Shown here piece after piece: positions 24,301 to 37,338 of a stretch of 64,000 nucleotides of DNA. Origin of the DNA: Botryllus schlosseri. Its lineage: Eukaryota. Below the pieces are notes generated by a model. That model was not told the origin of the DNA. It did not search any database and saw nothing but the letters and a program-made list of their open reading frames with translations. The DNA is taken from positions 40,984,001 through 41,048,000 of the forward strand of contig CM119371.1 of NCBI GenBank assembly GCA_051294905.1, written 5' to 3'. Each line of letters starts with the position of its first letter. Position 1 is the first letter of the stretch. The position numbers and the translations under genes are program-made.

Positions 24301-27300
24301 GTGCTAATTGTATGCATAGCCCAGGCTGTGGAATGTGGATTTTCTCTGTAGTTCAGCAACATGAATTGTATTTAAAGTTTTTACCCAGAACATTTCATGG
24401 TGTAAAATCATGTACCAAATTTGTGTTGAAGGGAGGATTCCTGACTGCCATCGTATCCCTGGGACTGATGGTATGGCTCGCCGCTACTCCGCATGACAAA
24501 GAGAACCAAATGAAGAGATTGAGTATTCTTGCGGCCTTCGCAGGCACAACCGGTAAGTTAATTCTTATACCAGTTACAGTTAATTGCATGTCTTGCGGGC
24601 TTATGGCTATTAGAAAATTATTCAAAGCCATGATTCGACTTTGATGTCTCTTTCATATATCAATCGATAAGCCGGATCTGTAAATAAAAGCGTTTTCATT
24701 TCCTGTGTCATTGATGAATTAAGCTCGTGCATTTCAGTGGCATACATTATGAAGCCTGTACCTTTCACACACAATGAAAATATTGCCTGTTTTTGATCAT
24801 TGTCAAATTGGATTAGAATTACCGCAGAATTATAGATACTCAGTTTACTCGCAATCAAATTACATTAAAATTATAGCTACAGTGTTGTTGTTTTTCAAAT
24901 TGCATATGAATTATAATTATAGCTACAGTTTTACCAAATTGAATTAGATTGGAATTAGAAGTATATATAGCTACACAGTTTTTACCAAGTTAGCTTAAAA
25001 TTATAGCTGCACAGTTATTTTCAAATTGGATTAGGATTAGAATTACTGAATTCACAAAATCTACGATTTGAGTTCAAATAAAATCAGTCTTCATTCACCT
25101 GAATCACGTAAGCATAAGAATGGCAAATCTTCGTACACAAAATTAGCTCGTTACGCACTATACACTTCTTCTGTAGTCTTTTCAGAAAAACCCTAAATTA
25201 GATTAGAATTAAAATAATGGTATAAAAACGTTTCGCAAAATATATTACATTACTGGCATTTCAATCTAGTCGGACAACTAGACTTCATGTCTTCCTGTTC
25301 GACGTACCATAATAAGCATTTTCTTATTTACCCTATTAACCGTAACTACAACTATTCCGCTTGGTTTATCCCCAGTATATTGGGGATATGTGGGTTTGTA
25401 GATAGGCCCTCACACTGAATTAACAGTCCATTGACGCTGTATTGCTTTCGTAAAATTTGGTGTACCTGAGCAATACTTAATCGTGTGCATGGCGCTGTGT
25501 TTTTCAGATATATCGACTGAAGTGCGCTTTTGGGGAAGGTAGCTAAGATTACCCTCTGAATGAATAGGTTTTCATGTAATTGCGATGGTTCTGTCTCTGT
25601 ATTCAATGGAAGTTTTTCTCAGGAAGTGACGTTTACAAATTTTGTATTGCTGTTGTGTATACAATCACGGTTGTATGGCGTACCCGTAGAATCGTGATAG
25701 TGATATGATCTTTATTTGCATGAACTGCGCGTTTATTGGCCTTACAACACAGCTCTGTTTATCCGCATGAACTGCGCGTTTATTGGCCTTACAACACAGC
25801 TCTGTTTATTGAAAATAAGACACTTTCACGTTCAATTTAAAACTCAATGGCATTGTTATACTCGCTATTATAGTTACATGACTTTTGATGATTATATTGC
25901 TGATAGCGTTCTGTTCTGTATGCTGTTACAATGTCAAGTCAAGCCCTTTCTCATAAGCCTGAAATTGGCAAATGGCCTGTATGTTTCACACCATATGTTT
26001 CAGTTTCAGGAATACCAGAATGTAGATTAGAATTAAAATAATAGCATACAAACATTTCACATAAAAGATTAGAATTAGAGCAAGGAAACATTTTACAAAT
26101 TAGATTCAATTTAGAGTGAAGAAATATTTCTCGGTTAGAATTAAATTATCGGCATTTTGCTCTAGTTCAGGGGTCGCCAACTCAAAACGACTAGCGGGCC
26201 ACGTTTCAAATTTCGTAGAGGGCCGCAGTACAACGATGTACTCTCTAACGTTGGCGACTGTCACTGTTACCACAACAGAAGCAATAATACTATATAAAAG
26301 TAGTACAAATACAACAAGAAAACTCATGATAATCAATTTCATCATATTTTAAACTGTGCGCTGCGCACTAGGGGTCTTCGAAAATGACTTTTTATCTCAA
26401 ATCGTACTGGCTAGTTGATAAAATTGTTAGGTTACCTAATTCAAGCCTACACACCAAATTTGGCTCAATTCCAACCAGTAGCCGCATTGCTACAGAGGGA
26501 GAAAGTTTCTATTTATTATATGAAAATAAGTAACAAAAAAATTGAAAATTTTCTGTTCACCCCATGAAAGAGGTTGGTTGTGAACCAGGGGTCGCCAACT
26601 CAAAACGGGTCGCGGGCCACTTTTCAAATTTCGTAGCGGCCGCGGGCCGCATGAATTCATAATATCGATATAAAGTAGGCAACCAGGTTTAAAAACCTTT
26701 TTAGACATGTCCCGCTTTATGATACTGAAAATTGTGGTCCTCCCTTATTTTCACAATACAAAATACATTCATAGAGCTAGCAATCCAAACGGATAGTTTA
26801 CTGGCATGGAATGTATGGAATGTTCTATAATATGAATTCGGGACTAGACACAGAGCAATAACTAAAACTATGAACTCGAGGTAAATCGCGCGGAGCGCAA
26901 ATAATTTTTCAGTTGACTGCAGCTCCGCGCCCCCTTCAAATGCTTTCACGCCCCCACAAGGCGACACGCCCCACAGTTTCAGAACCACTGCCCTAAGCCG
27001 TTTTCTAAGCGTCTCGGTCTTGGCAGTATTTCGGCCATTGCAGGTCAATTTCAGCATTTGCAAAATGTTTTCTTAGCTTTCTTCCGAAATCTCAAATCGA
27101 GTCGCGGGCCGCAAAACATGACCTCGTGGGCCGCGTGTTGGTGACCCCTGTTGTAAATAGAAACGATATTCAGCAAATTTGGTTCAATTCCAACCAGTGG
27201 AAGCATAGTTATTGCCGTCGAAAAATTTGTATTTGAATAAAATAGTATTTACGGTGGGCACGCACAGTAAACTGTAATAAATACTTTAAGAATTAGTCAC

Positions 27301-30300
27301 CGTAAATACTATTTTATTCATAATCCAAATTTTTCGACGGCATTTAGATAACTACGCTTCCAATAGTTGAAATGGAACCAAATTTGGTTAACATCGTAAC
27401 ACAAATTTTTATTTTTTTATAATAAATAGAAACTTTATTATCCTGTAGCAATGCAGCTACTGGTTGGAATTGAACCAAATTTGGTGTGTATGCTTTAATG
27501 AGGTAGCCTAACAATTTTATCACGATCACGATAGTTGGCAACGCTTTCTTCGACTAAGCACTGAGGAATCAATATTGCGGCAGGCGAAACACATTAATAT
27601 AGCTGAAAGTCTGTCTCCTAAAACTTGACGATGTCTGGTTCGTTTAACGTCAAGGCAATATGGCAATATGGGCCGGAAAATATGACCTTGCGGGCCGCGG
27701 GTTGGTGACCCCTAGTTAGTCTCCCTTCACTAGCCTTTCTGGATACAATATTGCAATCAAGTTGGAATTGAACCTCACAGAAACATGATCTTATTCTATT
27801 CGTTCATTGCAGGCATCAGCTTGGGACCGCTTATCAATATGACAATTCGTATCGATCCGCAAATCGTCGTGACCGCCTTTATGACATCTTCTGTGATTTT
27901 CGCAAGCTTCACACTGGCGGCTTTGTACGCGCAACGCAGATCTCTGCTCTATCTTGGTGGTGAGTATAATGTCTGGAGCTGAACATTTCGTTTTACGATA
28001 TACGATAAGGTAGTCCTTATGGTACTGTGTTATGGGTTTGCAACCCAGAATGAATGATGTGCTCATACCTATACTGTATTTAAAATTTGCCATCTCCTGT
28101 AGGCCTACTCAGAGAGAGAGAGAGAGAGAGAAATTTATTCATCATATCGCTAAAACAAACACTAAAAATAGCAAAAACTTCAGATTCATGCAGACATGTA
28201 CAGGAAATTTGGTCGCGGCATGATGTTCAAAAACAAACGTGACATGTACAAACGTATTTGTAGGCCATACACAGAATGTATTTGTTTTTTGATCATGAGA
28301 TGAGGCTGCAGCGAATTGATCTGTTGATCATCGAGTTCACTGCAACTGATAGGAGTGAATTGGTTATAAATTGCGTACATCGCATTACAACAGTGAAAAG
28401 TGAGACTGACATGCTTTTGAAATCCTTCGGGAACTTGAAATGCTTTGTTATCTATAGCTGTATTGTTTGAAATGGAGTAGGAATTGCTGACGTCACCGGT
28501 TCTTTAATTTGAGTACGAAAGTTGACTAGCCGACTAATCTCACTTATTTCAATATGAATTTATTATTCAATTGTAAATTGTTCTGTACCTCCATGAAGTT
28601 CTTGATTATTTTATATTTTATACCAGGATTTTGCATGAGCGGATTGAACATGCTTCTGTTGGCGTCGCTTGTGAACATCTTCATGGGTTCGGCAATGCTG
28701 TTCAACTTTAACCTGTACTTGGGTATCGCCGTTTTCTCCGGATTCATCCTCTACGACACGCAGCTGATCGTTGAAAAACACATCAACGGGGACAACGATT
28801 ACGTCTGGTACGTTGCCCGGCGCGGTGCCCGCCAGGGTTACTTAGTTTATGTGTATACAGTGGTGGTGTGAGAACCAAATATTTGGATGATGTGTATCTG
28901 GCCAGACTTGTACAAACTACTGTATTTTCAAAGTGTTCAAGTAGATTCAGAAGTAAAACTACACACTTTTCAGAATTCACAACTAGAACTGCTCACTTTT
29001 TTATCCAGAACTAAAACCTCTGGTTTCAAACCGTGCAACTTGAACTAGAATTAGATCTACTTTAAGAACTCTTAACTAGAACCGCTCACTTTTCAAAACG
29101 TTCAACCAGGACTAGAACGGCCGTAATTCAAAATCTGCAACCAGAGCTCGAGCTGCTCACTTTTGAAAATCCTCAGCTAGAACTAGAACAGAGGTCTCAA
29201 ACTCAAATGTGCTCACGGGCCAATTTCCTACTTTTTGATGGCGCCGCGGGCCGCAGCACCAATAAGGGATTCAATGTATTGCCGTGTAGGCTTTATTTGG
29301 TGGGATCTTGCAGACTGACATTCCACACGCATCGGGAAAGGTGATTAATTATTGTGAATTCACACCTGGCACGAAAAATATCGCACTTTGAAATATTTGA
29401 AAAAAAATTGTTGCAGCAATTATATTCAAAGTATAGTTGTATATTTAGTTGTAGGCACTATGCGAGAGTACAAATGCATCAGGACATCGTAAAATTTGTC
29501 GCTTTGAAATTTTGCAGCTAGCGGACATTTGACGTGTCACAACTATAGGTAGAATATTTTAGAATTTTAAAATGATTGATCTGACATCAGCAGGGTTGTA
29601 ACCAAGTCACAGAGCTCCGAGTCACAAGTCAATCCCACTTTTATAGTTTTGACGCGTCGAGTCATTTGCAATTCATCACCAAGTCAAGTCCGAGTCCAAG
29701 TCATGGAGCAGGGGTTCGAGTCCGAGTGACGGTATTATGACTTGAGTCCTTGTCCAAGTCATTGTGTTGACTGCTCATTTTCCAGTTAAAGTCTTGTTAA
29801 ACCCACTTTTATAACTCTATTTGGTGATAACGAATGGTTCGCATTTATAATAAACTAATTTTCCTCACTTTTAGCAGTTTCCGGTCGCATTTTCAAGTAC
29901 AAGTACCAATAGACGTAATGCCAATAGTTTGGTTACTTTACTGTTCTTCGAAATTAAAATGAAATGTCGGGTGTTTGGCGTCTGAGTCTCGAGTCATATG
30001 ACTTGGATCGAGTCATGCGCAATGACTCGAGTTGAAGTCGAGTCAATACACAGATTGACTCGAGTCGAGTCATTTCCGCATTTTTTTTAGAAAATTACTC
30101 GAGTCAAGTCGAGTCATCAGAAAATCGTGACTCGAGTCAAGTCCTGACTCGAGTCATTACAACCCTGGACATCAGATCATTGGAGCATTAGGCCTACAGC
30201 CTAATTCGGGCATACTCCTGATAAATAGGCTATTGATCATGTCCTTACCAAAGTCAAATTAAATCAGGGTTAGATTTACCTTCGAATATTGGAACAGGTC

Positions 30301-32652
30301 TATAACAACTTGAATATTACGATTACTTTGCCATAGCAATATAAATACTTGAAGAGTTTCTTGGTGGTACGGAACTCAAAGATACAATTTAATAATATAT
30401 TCATATTGAAATAAACCCGAATATTTTTGGCTGACACTCGTCAGGGGTAATCGTCAGCAACTAGTAGTACAATGTTCTTTCCAATTCTCTGCTAGTTGCT
30501 GACGATTACCCCTGACGAGTGTCAGCCGAAAATATTCGAGTTTATTTCAATATGAATATACTATTCAATAGCAATGGAAATGTCCAATCGCCCAAAAATC
30601 CATTGGTGTTTTACGGCTGTGAAGCCTATGCTACGACTACTTTCAACTCGCTACATTTAATTGTCGATGAGAACAGAGAAAAAGATACCCAAGTTCCAAG
30701 ATGACACAGGATTTACCTAACTATACATCAAGGGGCAACACAATTGCAATGGTTGCCATCCGACCTGTTAACGCAAAACAAGCTAATACCTTTTGATATA
30801 TTACTTATTCCCATACCAGTTTGAACGTTTGTTGCGTCCGTGGCTGTACCAAGTCACGGCGTTCCGAGTCACAATAAGTCATTCTCTGATTGTAACGTTT
30901 GACGCGACCCAACTAGAGTCGTTCTTATTTTATCAGTATCACACATTGAGCCCGAGTTCTAGTAATTCTACAAAAGGTCGCGTCCAAGTCCAAATACCAA
31001 TTTTCATTCACTAATCATCAACGCGTCATGTTTTACCATCATAAACAAGTAACGTGACGTAATAGTTGATCTTCCACTTTGTGGTAACTTTCGAAAGTGA
31101 TATGATAGTGAAGTTTGAGGAGCATTTTCAGGCTTCTGGAGTAGTTTTAGAGCGAATTTCCAGTTCTCAAATTCAAAAAAGATAATTGGCAGTTCAATAT
31201 TGTCGAATATTCGAAATCCAAAATGCCGTCGCGGGCCGCACAAAATGGTCTCGCGGGCCGCGTGTTTGAGACCTCTGAACTAGAACTACTCGCTTTTCAA
31301 ACCAATAAAACTAGTACTACTCACTAGAACTAGAACTTTGACTAGAACGACTTCTACACTAGAACTAGAACTACTCATAATACCAATCGTTAGTTGACCT
31401 CTCCGAGTTGATGATTTGGGAAATTCTAATACGTACCTTTTAGTGACAACAGAGAATTGAAAATGAATTTTGGACTATACACAGGGCAATAATTAATAGC
31501 TGGAGGAAAATCCCGCTGAGCGAGAAATCATCAATGGTTGAATAATCTGTCAGAAGTAATCATGTTCAATGGTACCACGTAGCACCAACATATTTTTGCG
31601 AATTTGGTGCCTAACGCCGTCTATTTCTTGAATTGGGCTTGGCTTCAGCATACCTGACCCGAAGCTAAATCAAAAACCAATGGCGCGGCCCCGTTCTAAG
31701 TCGTATAGTGTAAATACTCATTTCTAAGACGAAAAATGCATGATCTAATTAGGAAATATTATATTTCTCCAGGGTTGTAACCAAGTAACAAGTCAATCTC
31801 ACTTTTATAGTTTTGACTCGAGTCAAGTCGAGTCATTTTCAATTCACCACCGAGTCAAGTCCGAGTCAGCGAGCGGAGGGTCGAGTCCGAGTCATTGTGT
31901 CCACTGTTCAGTTTTGAGTTTAATCAGACTTGACCTACTTTATTCAACTCTGTTCGAGTATATAGAATGGCTCGCATTCATTATATCGTAATTTTCCTCA
32001 GTCCTCAGTTTCTGGCCCTATTTGCCAAGTATCTGGGCTGACTTGTAGTGACTTCACTATTCTTCGAAGTTACAAGAAAATGTCTGTCTTGGCCGTTCTA
32101 GTCTCGAGTCTATGACTTGGTTCGGGTGATGCCCAATGTCTCAAGTACAAGTCAAGTAAATACACAAATTGACTCGAGTCGCGTCATTTTACACATTTGA
32201 CAAAATGACTCAGTCAAGTCGAGTCACCAAAGATCGTGACTCCAGTCGAGTCATTACAACCCTGTATTTCTCCATAACATTGTGTCTTGCTACGCGATCT
32301 GCACAGATGCTTGACAGACAGACCACAAAAGCGTCGACTAACATCTATTCTACACTCATTCACCAATTACTCCTAATTCAGAGACATATTTTGATCGGTA
32401 CAAGGTCCGATATCAATCACAATCTAGCTCGGTGCATGGATGGTACGACGCAGCTTTGATATTTCGAATCGTAGTACAATTCGGATTAGTGCCGTTGTTG
32501 CACTAGAACGTTTCGTCTGTAATGCTAGCCGAAACGCTAATATATCGCTATTCAGGCATTCCGTGGACCTATTCCTGGACTTCATCAACCTGTTCCGTCG
32601 CATCATGATCCTGCTGGCCAGCAAAGACAACGAGAAGAAACGCAGGAATTAG
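21373..32652 (+). CDS. TMBIM6: Bax inhibitor-1 (238 aa)
   Basis: Exons 21373-21434, 22111-22219, 24432-24552, 27813-27959, 28627-28807, 32556-32652 (717 nt, phase-consistent). [104 protein letters not shown]. Confidence 0.97.
23505..23790. mobile_element. Penelope-like pLTR remnant (inverted pair) with a hammerhead-like motif on the minus strand
   Basis: The minus strand of 23570-23604 reads ACCC CTGACGA GTGTCAGCC GAAA ATAA TC GAGT. A degenerate inverted partner lies at about 23705-23760. Same family as 30350-30570. Confidence 0.6.
26168..27714. mobile_element. Nested MITE cluster: hAT (CAGGGGTCGCCAAC) > family C > second hAT copy 26586-27150 > another hAT end
   Basis: CAGGGGTCGCCAACTC at 26168 and 26586; GTTGGTGACCCCT ends at about 27150 and 27714. 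Family C arms at about 26370-26495 and 27440-27530 are inverted. The inner TSD is imperfect (TTGTGAAC/TTGTAAAT); the outer TSD is not evident. Confidence 0.7.
29591..30167. mobile_element. hAT MITE family A
   Basis: CAGGGTTGTAA..TTACAACCCTG; TSD GACATCAG (29583-29590 / 30168-30175). Confidence 0.92.
30498..30541 (+). ncRNA. Putative minimal type I hammerhead ribozyme motif in a Penelope-like inverted repeat (30396-30560)
   Basis: ACCC-CTGACGA(30512-30518)-GTGTCAGCC-GAAA(30528-30531)-ATAT-TC-GAGT: the conserved CUGAnGA/GAAA/UH core with a palindromic stem III. Stem I is ACCC/GGGT in the inverted sister copy and has one mismatch here. Confidence 0.6.
31770..32264. mobile_element. hAT MITE family A
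   Basis: TIRs as above; TSD TATTTCTC (31762-31769 / 32265-32272). Confidence 0.92.
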
Positions 32653-34628
32653 AAATCGCACGCAACTAAACTCGCCCAGAACTTTTAATTTCATGTTTTA
32701 TGTAACTTGTCAATATAGAGAGACAGATACAGTAGCTTAATGCAATCGTATGAGATTTCGATTAAAAAGGCATGTTCACCAAAGAAACCGCCTCATTTGA
32801 CTGTCCAATACGTAATAGTTTGCCTGCCTTACGCTAGTAGCTTAGCGACTCACTGATGTAATTGTGGTGTTTCTAATTCCTATGTCTGTCCCGTTGGAGT
32901 ATTTCAAGTCGATATATATTGAGAGAAATGCTTAGTACAGGAAAACCGCGTGGGACCGGTGTAGATTTGATGAAATGGATTAGGTAGGTCCTGTTATTTC
33001 CCTTTCGCAGTGAAATTGCGTAGTCAGACTTGTGTGATTGATTATTAGCCATTATTTACCCGATTTTTTCTGATTCATTTTAAATCGATCTCTGTTTCAA
33101 CCAATGTAAATCTGGTCTGCACAAATACATGCTAACGGGTGTGATGATTATTTCGTGCGTTATTCATGCACTTGGGGTAGGGATGGGATAGTAAACCGGT
33201 GTCCAAGTTAGTAGGCCTATGTTGGCGATCAATATCTGTCGTTGTAAAGTAAATCGTAACGTTTATAATAGTGGCTACTGGTCGGGAAAATGGCATGGAG
33301 ATACTAGGATTTTGCATCGGCATTGACAGGAAGCCGAGTTGTGTTGATAGTCTACTTTCGAGCGCTTAAAATCTCTTGGATTTGGATTGATACCCCGATT
33401 TGCACATTTAGGACAGTAACTGAAACATGTCAATCAGGGGAGGGCAGATTTTGCAGTCGACAGGCTTGATATGGGAAAATGAAGTGCTTGGCAGGTCGGA
33501 TTCCCGAATCGATGCATTAAACGCGGATTTATCCAGTCATCCACCTTTACAAGGAATCTTTCCTATGGAATTCCAAGTTTTAAGACATAGAGACCAAAAA
33601 TTATGTACTTCAATATAGCTGTTGAAGTCAATGAGTTAATTGCCTAATTTTATTTGAAATTTGTTTTATCCTGGATCATTATAAGTTTTAGGAACGTGCT
33701 TCGCGCGCGGTCCTTGAAATCGTCTTGCGTACCCCGGATTGAAAACCACTAATATAGAGCTAGCGGTCATCCCAACCCAACCCTCCCAGACTCCCAGCAC
33801 CTTGATCAATGATCCTCACGCATACGAACATAAGCCTCTTCTTCCGACAAGGTCTGTCGTAGGCCTGCTATTCATACATGGGGGACACGGCGAGCAGCAG
33901 GTTGGTCTACTCGTGTGCTTGTCAACTCCAAATCGTCAGCTACCTAATTTCGGGTGGTTCAGTCGTATATCGAGGTTGACAGACTGGAAGTTGATTATGA
34001 TCTGTACAAGAGTTATAGAAACGCGTCAGACAGTAACTGATTGTACGTACATGTACTGTAGCCTACATTAGCCTACGCCTACACGTTACACCTCACATGT
34101 GTAATTTGTTTATGCTCGACCAATGTGCGATCAGTGACGGTGATGTAGCTAATCTGAATTTGGCTGTCCGCGCCCTACACTGAGCAAGATTAGGCTGTCC
34201 AATCCAAGGCAACACAGAAACTGGATGAATGGTGAATCCACTGAGACGGGATGAATTGCTAGTAGATTAACTTACTTTCGACTGAAAACACAACAATCTA
34301 GCAAACTTTAAATTGAAGTAAAAACACTATAGAGATAAAAACAACTACTATGACTATATAGCCTATAGGCCTATATTATGTTGTACAAATAGGCGTATTT
34401 TAGATTCAAGAGCTTCGCATTTCATCTCGGCTGTTTAATTTAAAACAAGAAATTAGTTGCAAAACTTGAGAGACATGCAGCATGAATAATGGCTAGAGAC
34501 AATAATCTTCACCAGTTACTTGATGTTGGATATGGCTCATGGCCCGGGGATGTCTCATGTTCTACCTACATCAATAGCAATATATAACCGATGCTTCTTG
34601 TACATCATATACAAGCAGTTAGTTATAT

Positions 34629-35569
34629 TCAAACGAAGGTTTCTTGACTTTCGTCCAATGTGTCTAAACGCCAATTTGTTTCCTCCGCGATTGACTCTAG
34701 TCTGTTATCCACGGTAACTTCGCGGTTTGTTTCCACCAAATTCTGTTTAATAAATAGGAATATTTATGTGAGCCCTATCTTAAACAAGCAGCTTCTCATA
34801 CATACCGTCGCAACACGCTTCGATTTGCGAGTTGAATCAATTTTGCAGTTTATTGGCTCGCATTTTTCCATTAAGATGTACACTGCAATGAAAAGTACCA
34901 CGACCAGAAGAACATATGCCCTGAAAGACATTCGTAATCATCAGTGCTGCATACAGCCATTGCATAGACGCAGGTGGGTGTATTGCAAATATTCCAAGTC
35001 GTTTCGACACCTCCCTATCTTTTCATTGTATCGCAACTTGTGATGTACTGATTTGATGATTTTTTTATTAATAAACTAAACTGAACTGCTTATAGTAAAT
35101 AATAAATTAACACAGAAGCAGGGTGTAGAAGTAGATATCGGGAGATAACCTACTCCTGAAAGAGATATATAGGCCTACCGGACCAACTTTAACTACGTAG
35201 CCTACTTTATGAAGTGACATCTATATGATGGTGTAGCTGTAGGTGAAATTTCATAACGTGATTCGGTAATCTCAAAAGCAAACTATTAGGCCTGTTCATT
35301 TGTGATACACTGCCAAGTGTCAAGTGTGTCATGTCATGTTCACTAAACGTTTCGAAAATCTCCATTGTATTCGAAATTCTTGTAGGGCTATACATTGCTG
35401 TAGTAGCCTATACGCTTGCACTGTAGCCTTCATGTATAATAACGTGACTCCTAATGATGGATCAAGAAAAGTTCTTGTTCTCATACCCAATAATCATCTG
35501 AATTCCTGGAGGAAAGGCGGCCAATCCGTTGTATTTGATGACATGTCCGGCTTCTTCAGTTGTTGACAT
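34629..35569 (-). CDS. Uncharacterised 103-aa single-pass membrane protein with C-terminal class I PDZ-binding-like motif
   Basis: Exons 35569-35487, 34920-34806, 34742-34629 (83+115+114=312 nt). Donors GTATGA and GTATGT; acceptors TCTTTCAG and TTAAACAG. Protein MSTTEEAGHVIKYNGLAAFPPGIQMIIGAYVLLVVVLFIAVYILMEKCEPINCKIDSTRKSKRVATNLVETNREVTVDNRLESIAEETNWRLDTLDESQETFV*. Confidence 0.72.
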
Positions 35570-36774
35570 AGTCCCGAAAATTGTATACTATAATACTAGC
35601 TACTATCTGTTATATTAGGAGAATAGCCTTCCATTCTGACTTAATGATCGTCTGATAATTACTATAACTCTCTATGACAAAGCTGGATCACCCCTGTTTT
35701 TAAAATACGATCGTAAGACACGAAAGAATTTCCTACAGTATAACCAAAATTACAACTGATTCCGCAAAGGAATGTGTTGAACACGGCCAAGATATCAGCC
35801 ACCCCGCTCTATTCTCAGCTCGGTGGATGACTCCGAGATTCTTGTCTGAAATACAGCCGGGAGATGAATGCTTGCAACTGTCTCTAATACTCACTACCCA
35901 GCTATCTGTGCGATTTCATGGATTTAAATCATTGTACTGTATTCGCGATAAGATAAGTTATCTTGCCGCAGTCGCGACGTGACGAGGCTACTGTGATGTC
36001 TTTAGGTTTCGATTTCCAGTTACGGCGTCAAATGATAGTGGCATTCTATTATATCTGTGCACAAGAACAAACAATAATAGTAAAGACGATACAAAACATA
36101 GTGAATCGGGACTTATTGTGGTTGTCTCTTTCGTATCATAAGGGAGCTCTTGATATGGATGGTTGCCCGACGTTTGATCATGCGACATAATGAAAACAAC
36201 GTCTTCAGTTGACGGGCTGACGATGCATATGCCTTCAAGACTACTGGATCACGACCTAGCATATCGATCTCACCTTCCGCCACATGCCACTTTATTTTGC
36301 CGCTTGCCTTTTATATTTTCAGTTTACTTTTCATTCGGCGTGCTTGCCTCTTTTTTACATCGCCTATATTCGGAAACTAGAAAATTTTCAGCTTTTCCAA
36401 ATCAGATTAGAATTAGAATTATAGCTACATAGTTTTTTTCGAAATTAGACTAAAATTAGAACTATATACCCACAGAATTTTTTTTTGGCAAATTGGATTA
36501 GAATTACTGAATTTGCGAATTGGACATTGAATGGAATTTATATTCTCATAAGGACGAGAATAATAAATGACTGTACTATAGCGTATGGCACATTTCGCAC
36601 TATACAGTTTGAATAGCATTTTCAAGAAACCAGTAATTACGTTAGACTTAAGGGGACTAGCAACCCAAAAAAAAAAACAATTTTCGACTTTTTTTTTCTG
36701 GTAGGAAATATTACCATTGTAAATGGTAAAATAAAATCTGCTGTCACATGACAGCTATATGACAGCTATGTGAC

Positions 36775-37027
36775 AGTTATCGGACGAAACATGCGATCTT
36801 TTAGTTGGAACTTGGAAAAAAACACCCCCCCCCAATTTTCAAAGGAAAATAAACTTGAAATTTAGCAGTTTTTAGTAATTGTTTGGGTGAGATAAGGCCA
36901 TGAGGTGCGCACCTTATCTCACCCAAACAATTACTAAAAACTCCTAAATTTCAATTTTATTTTCCTTTGAAAATTGGGGGGGGGGTTCAAGTTCCAACTA
37001 AAAGATCGCATGTTTCGTCCGATAACT
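36775..37027. repeat. Near-perfect ~120-bp-arm palindrome
   Basis: AGTTATCGGACGAAACATGCGATCTTTTAGTTGGAACTTG..GGGTGAGATAAGG is mirrored by CCTTATCTCACCC..CAAGTTCCAACTAAAAGATCGCATGTTTCGTCCGATAACT, with a ~14-nt centre. Confidence 0.92.
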
Positions 37028-37338
37028 CATTAAAATATATGGTTTGACCGTTATAAAATACATATATATTATCTCCGGGTACAATTTTGTTAGATTGTTG
37101 TCAGTTGTTATTCCAGCATTCTGGCACTCATTCTTATCATTAGATCGGTAACGCTTGTTCATTGACTTTTTACGGTTCAAATGTTTGATAGTCGTTTTCT
37201 CAATTATAAAATTGTGTTAGATCGCATCACGGTAAACCAAAAATTTGTATGAAATATTTGTCGTAAACGTGTCACTCAAGGTTTTTTGAAAAGCTACAAT
37301 TCAGACCTGTGCTATGCTAAAAGTTCTTAGCCATAGGT

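Larger units (their letters stand above)
29189..31277. mobile_element. hAT non-autonomous element carrying nested insertions, itself inserted in an (AACTAG)-rich repeat element
   Basis: CAGAGGTCTCAAAC..GTTTGAGACCTCTG with perfect TSD AACTAGAA (29181-29188 / 31278-31285). Confidence 0.88.
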
